Positions 62,498 through 64,000 of a DNA stretch of 64,000 bases are shown piece after piece. This stretch comes from the human T2T-CHM13v2.0 reference genome, Homo sapiens. A model generated the notes under the pieces. The model saw only the letters and a program-made list of their open reading frames with translations, did not search any database and was not told where the DNA came from. The stretch is from NCBI RefSeq assembly GCF_009914755.1, contig NC_060947.1; one strand, 5' to 3'. The translations under genes and the position numbers were made by a program. The stretch's first letter is position 1. The number at the start of each line of letters is the position of its first letter.

Positions 62498-62715
62498 TGA
62501 TTCATTCATTCATACATTCAGCAAATATATGAGTTCATACTACTTTCCAAGCATTATTGATGCAGCCATGAACAAGACAATGTTCCTGTCTTTATGGATT
62601 TCAAAATGTAGTGAGAGAAGCAGACATTAACCAGAAAAACAAACACATAATGAATGTCATATAATGCAACGTAGTGATTAAGTGCCATAAAGAAAAATAA
62701 GAAAATAGGAACAAA
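62498..62715 (-). mobile_element. L2 3' end
   Basis: ATTCATTCATTCATACATTCAGCAAATAT...ATGAACAAGACA. Confidence 0.75.
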
Positions 62716-64000
62716 AGTATATATTGCTCAGTAAAAATAAAGAAATAGAATTAGGCTATTATAGTCCTATTCATGTTAAAAGTAAAGAAAACATATATAT
62801 TCCATATAATTATATATGCATATATTCAAGAGACTTTTTTGGAGGATACATAAGACACTGTTTGTCAGTAGGGGATACTTCTGAAGAGAGACGGAGGGAC
62901 TAAATCATGACAGAAAATAATGTTAAGATATTAATATTGTTAAATTATGACTTTCTGTGGTGTAAATTTTGTACATTTTTACTTTTTTACCACATACATT
63001 ATTTTTTAAATAATAAAAGAAGATAAACTAGAGGAGGTCAAGAGCTTGGATGCATGCAATTAATGAGCAATAGTATAGTCTTTGCTAGTTTGAATATTTA
63101 TTTGGGTTGCAACTTCAAATGCCATCCTTAGTCATTTCAATAACAAAAATGTGTAAATTAGGCTGGCTAAAAAAAGTACGGGGAATTAAAGAGCATGTGA
63201 TGATCTACAGAATGCATGTCTTGACTGTGGCTCTTAATTTTTTCTCAGACAAATACATTTCAAAGTGTAGAAAGAGATACAATTTTTCATTTCTCTGGCC
63301 TTATCTTACCAGAGTTCGGCACTCTTGCCCACCAAGGTCTGACCACCAGATCTTTTTAAGGTGATCTTGCTGACATATGAATTACATCAAATTGCTCACC
63401 ACTAAAAGGAGAAAAAAAAAACAGCCTTTTACTATAAGCACAATAAAATGCCAGATCGTTATAATGGCTTACAAATCCTCTAATCTGGCCTTTACCTCCT
63501 CTCTTTTCTCATTGTTTCTACCGTGCCCTTCACTGGCTATGGCATACCAAACTGAGTTTTGCTCTTTTTCTCTTTTGTACCTACACATTTAGTAGTCACT
63601 CTGGTATAAACTATTTACAACTCAATTGAATCGACACAAAAAGTCATTTTTTAGAACAACTAATATCCCTAAATTAGAAATAATTTGAAGCTTCTCTTGA
63701 CTGAGATGAGAACTACAAATTGAGAGCATAAAGGCTCATGTCTATTAATATTCCCATGTGTCATCAAATACCACTGAAATAAGCATTTTTTAAAATGAGG
63801 GATGAAAACACATTTCCCTGTGCCAAGCAATTTTTCTGTATTTCTCTGCACATTTACCTGAAACTTCTTTAGATATATGCACATTTATCGTTCTATCAGA
63901 ATGACATTTAATATATTGAGGAAAAAAGCTAACAAAATATCAAACATTTAAGATCTAAATCAAATTGCAGCAATTCATTAACATGTGAATCTAACAAGGT

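Overview
This is AT-rich, CpG-poor human genomic DNA. A consensus-matching AluYb8, a human-specific subfamily, supports human origin. The window is dominated by interspersed repeats: 15 Alus, many L1 and L2 pieces, MIRs, ERVL/MaLR LTRs, ERVL pol remnants, a full-length but dead Tigger1, small hAT/Tigger elements and microsatellites. None of the ORFs in the supplied track looks like a real host gene; they are repeat-derived or chance frames. The only gene-like signal I can support is a 31-nt candidate exon on the + strand (30919-30949, reading KPEEVYLNPK) with strong splice signals. It suggests, but does not prove, that the window lies inside a gene with very large introns, which I could not identify. 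Other notable items are a same-strand MLT2A1 LTR with a splice donor about 1 kb upstream of that exon, a very young AluYb8 nested in an older Alu, two twin-primed (5'-inverted) L1s, a local ~110-bp templated duplication, and a strong CTCF motif. I see no convincing novel multi-gene system. Repeat subfamily names come from recalled consensus sequences, and boundaries of old elements are approximate.
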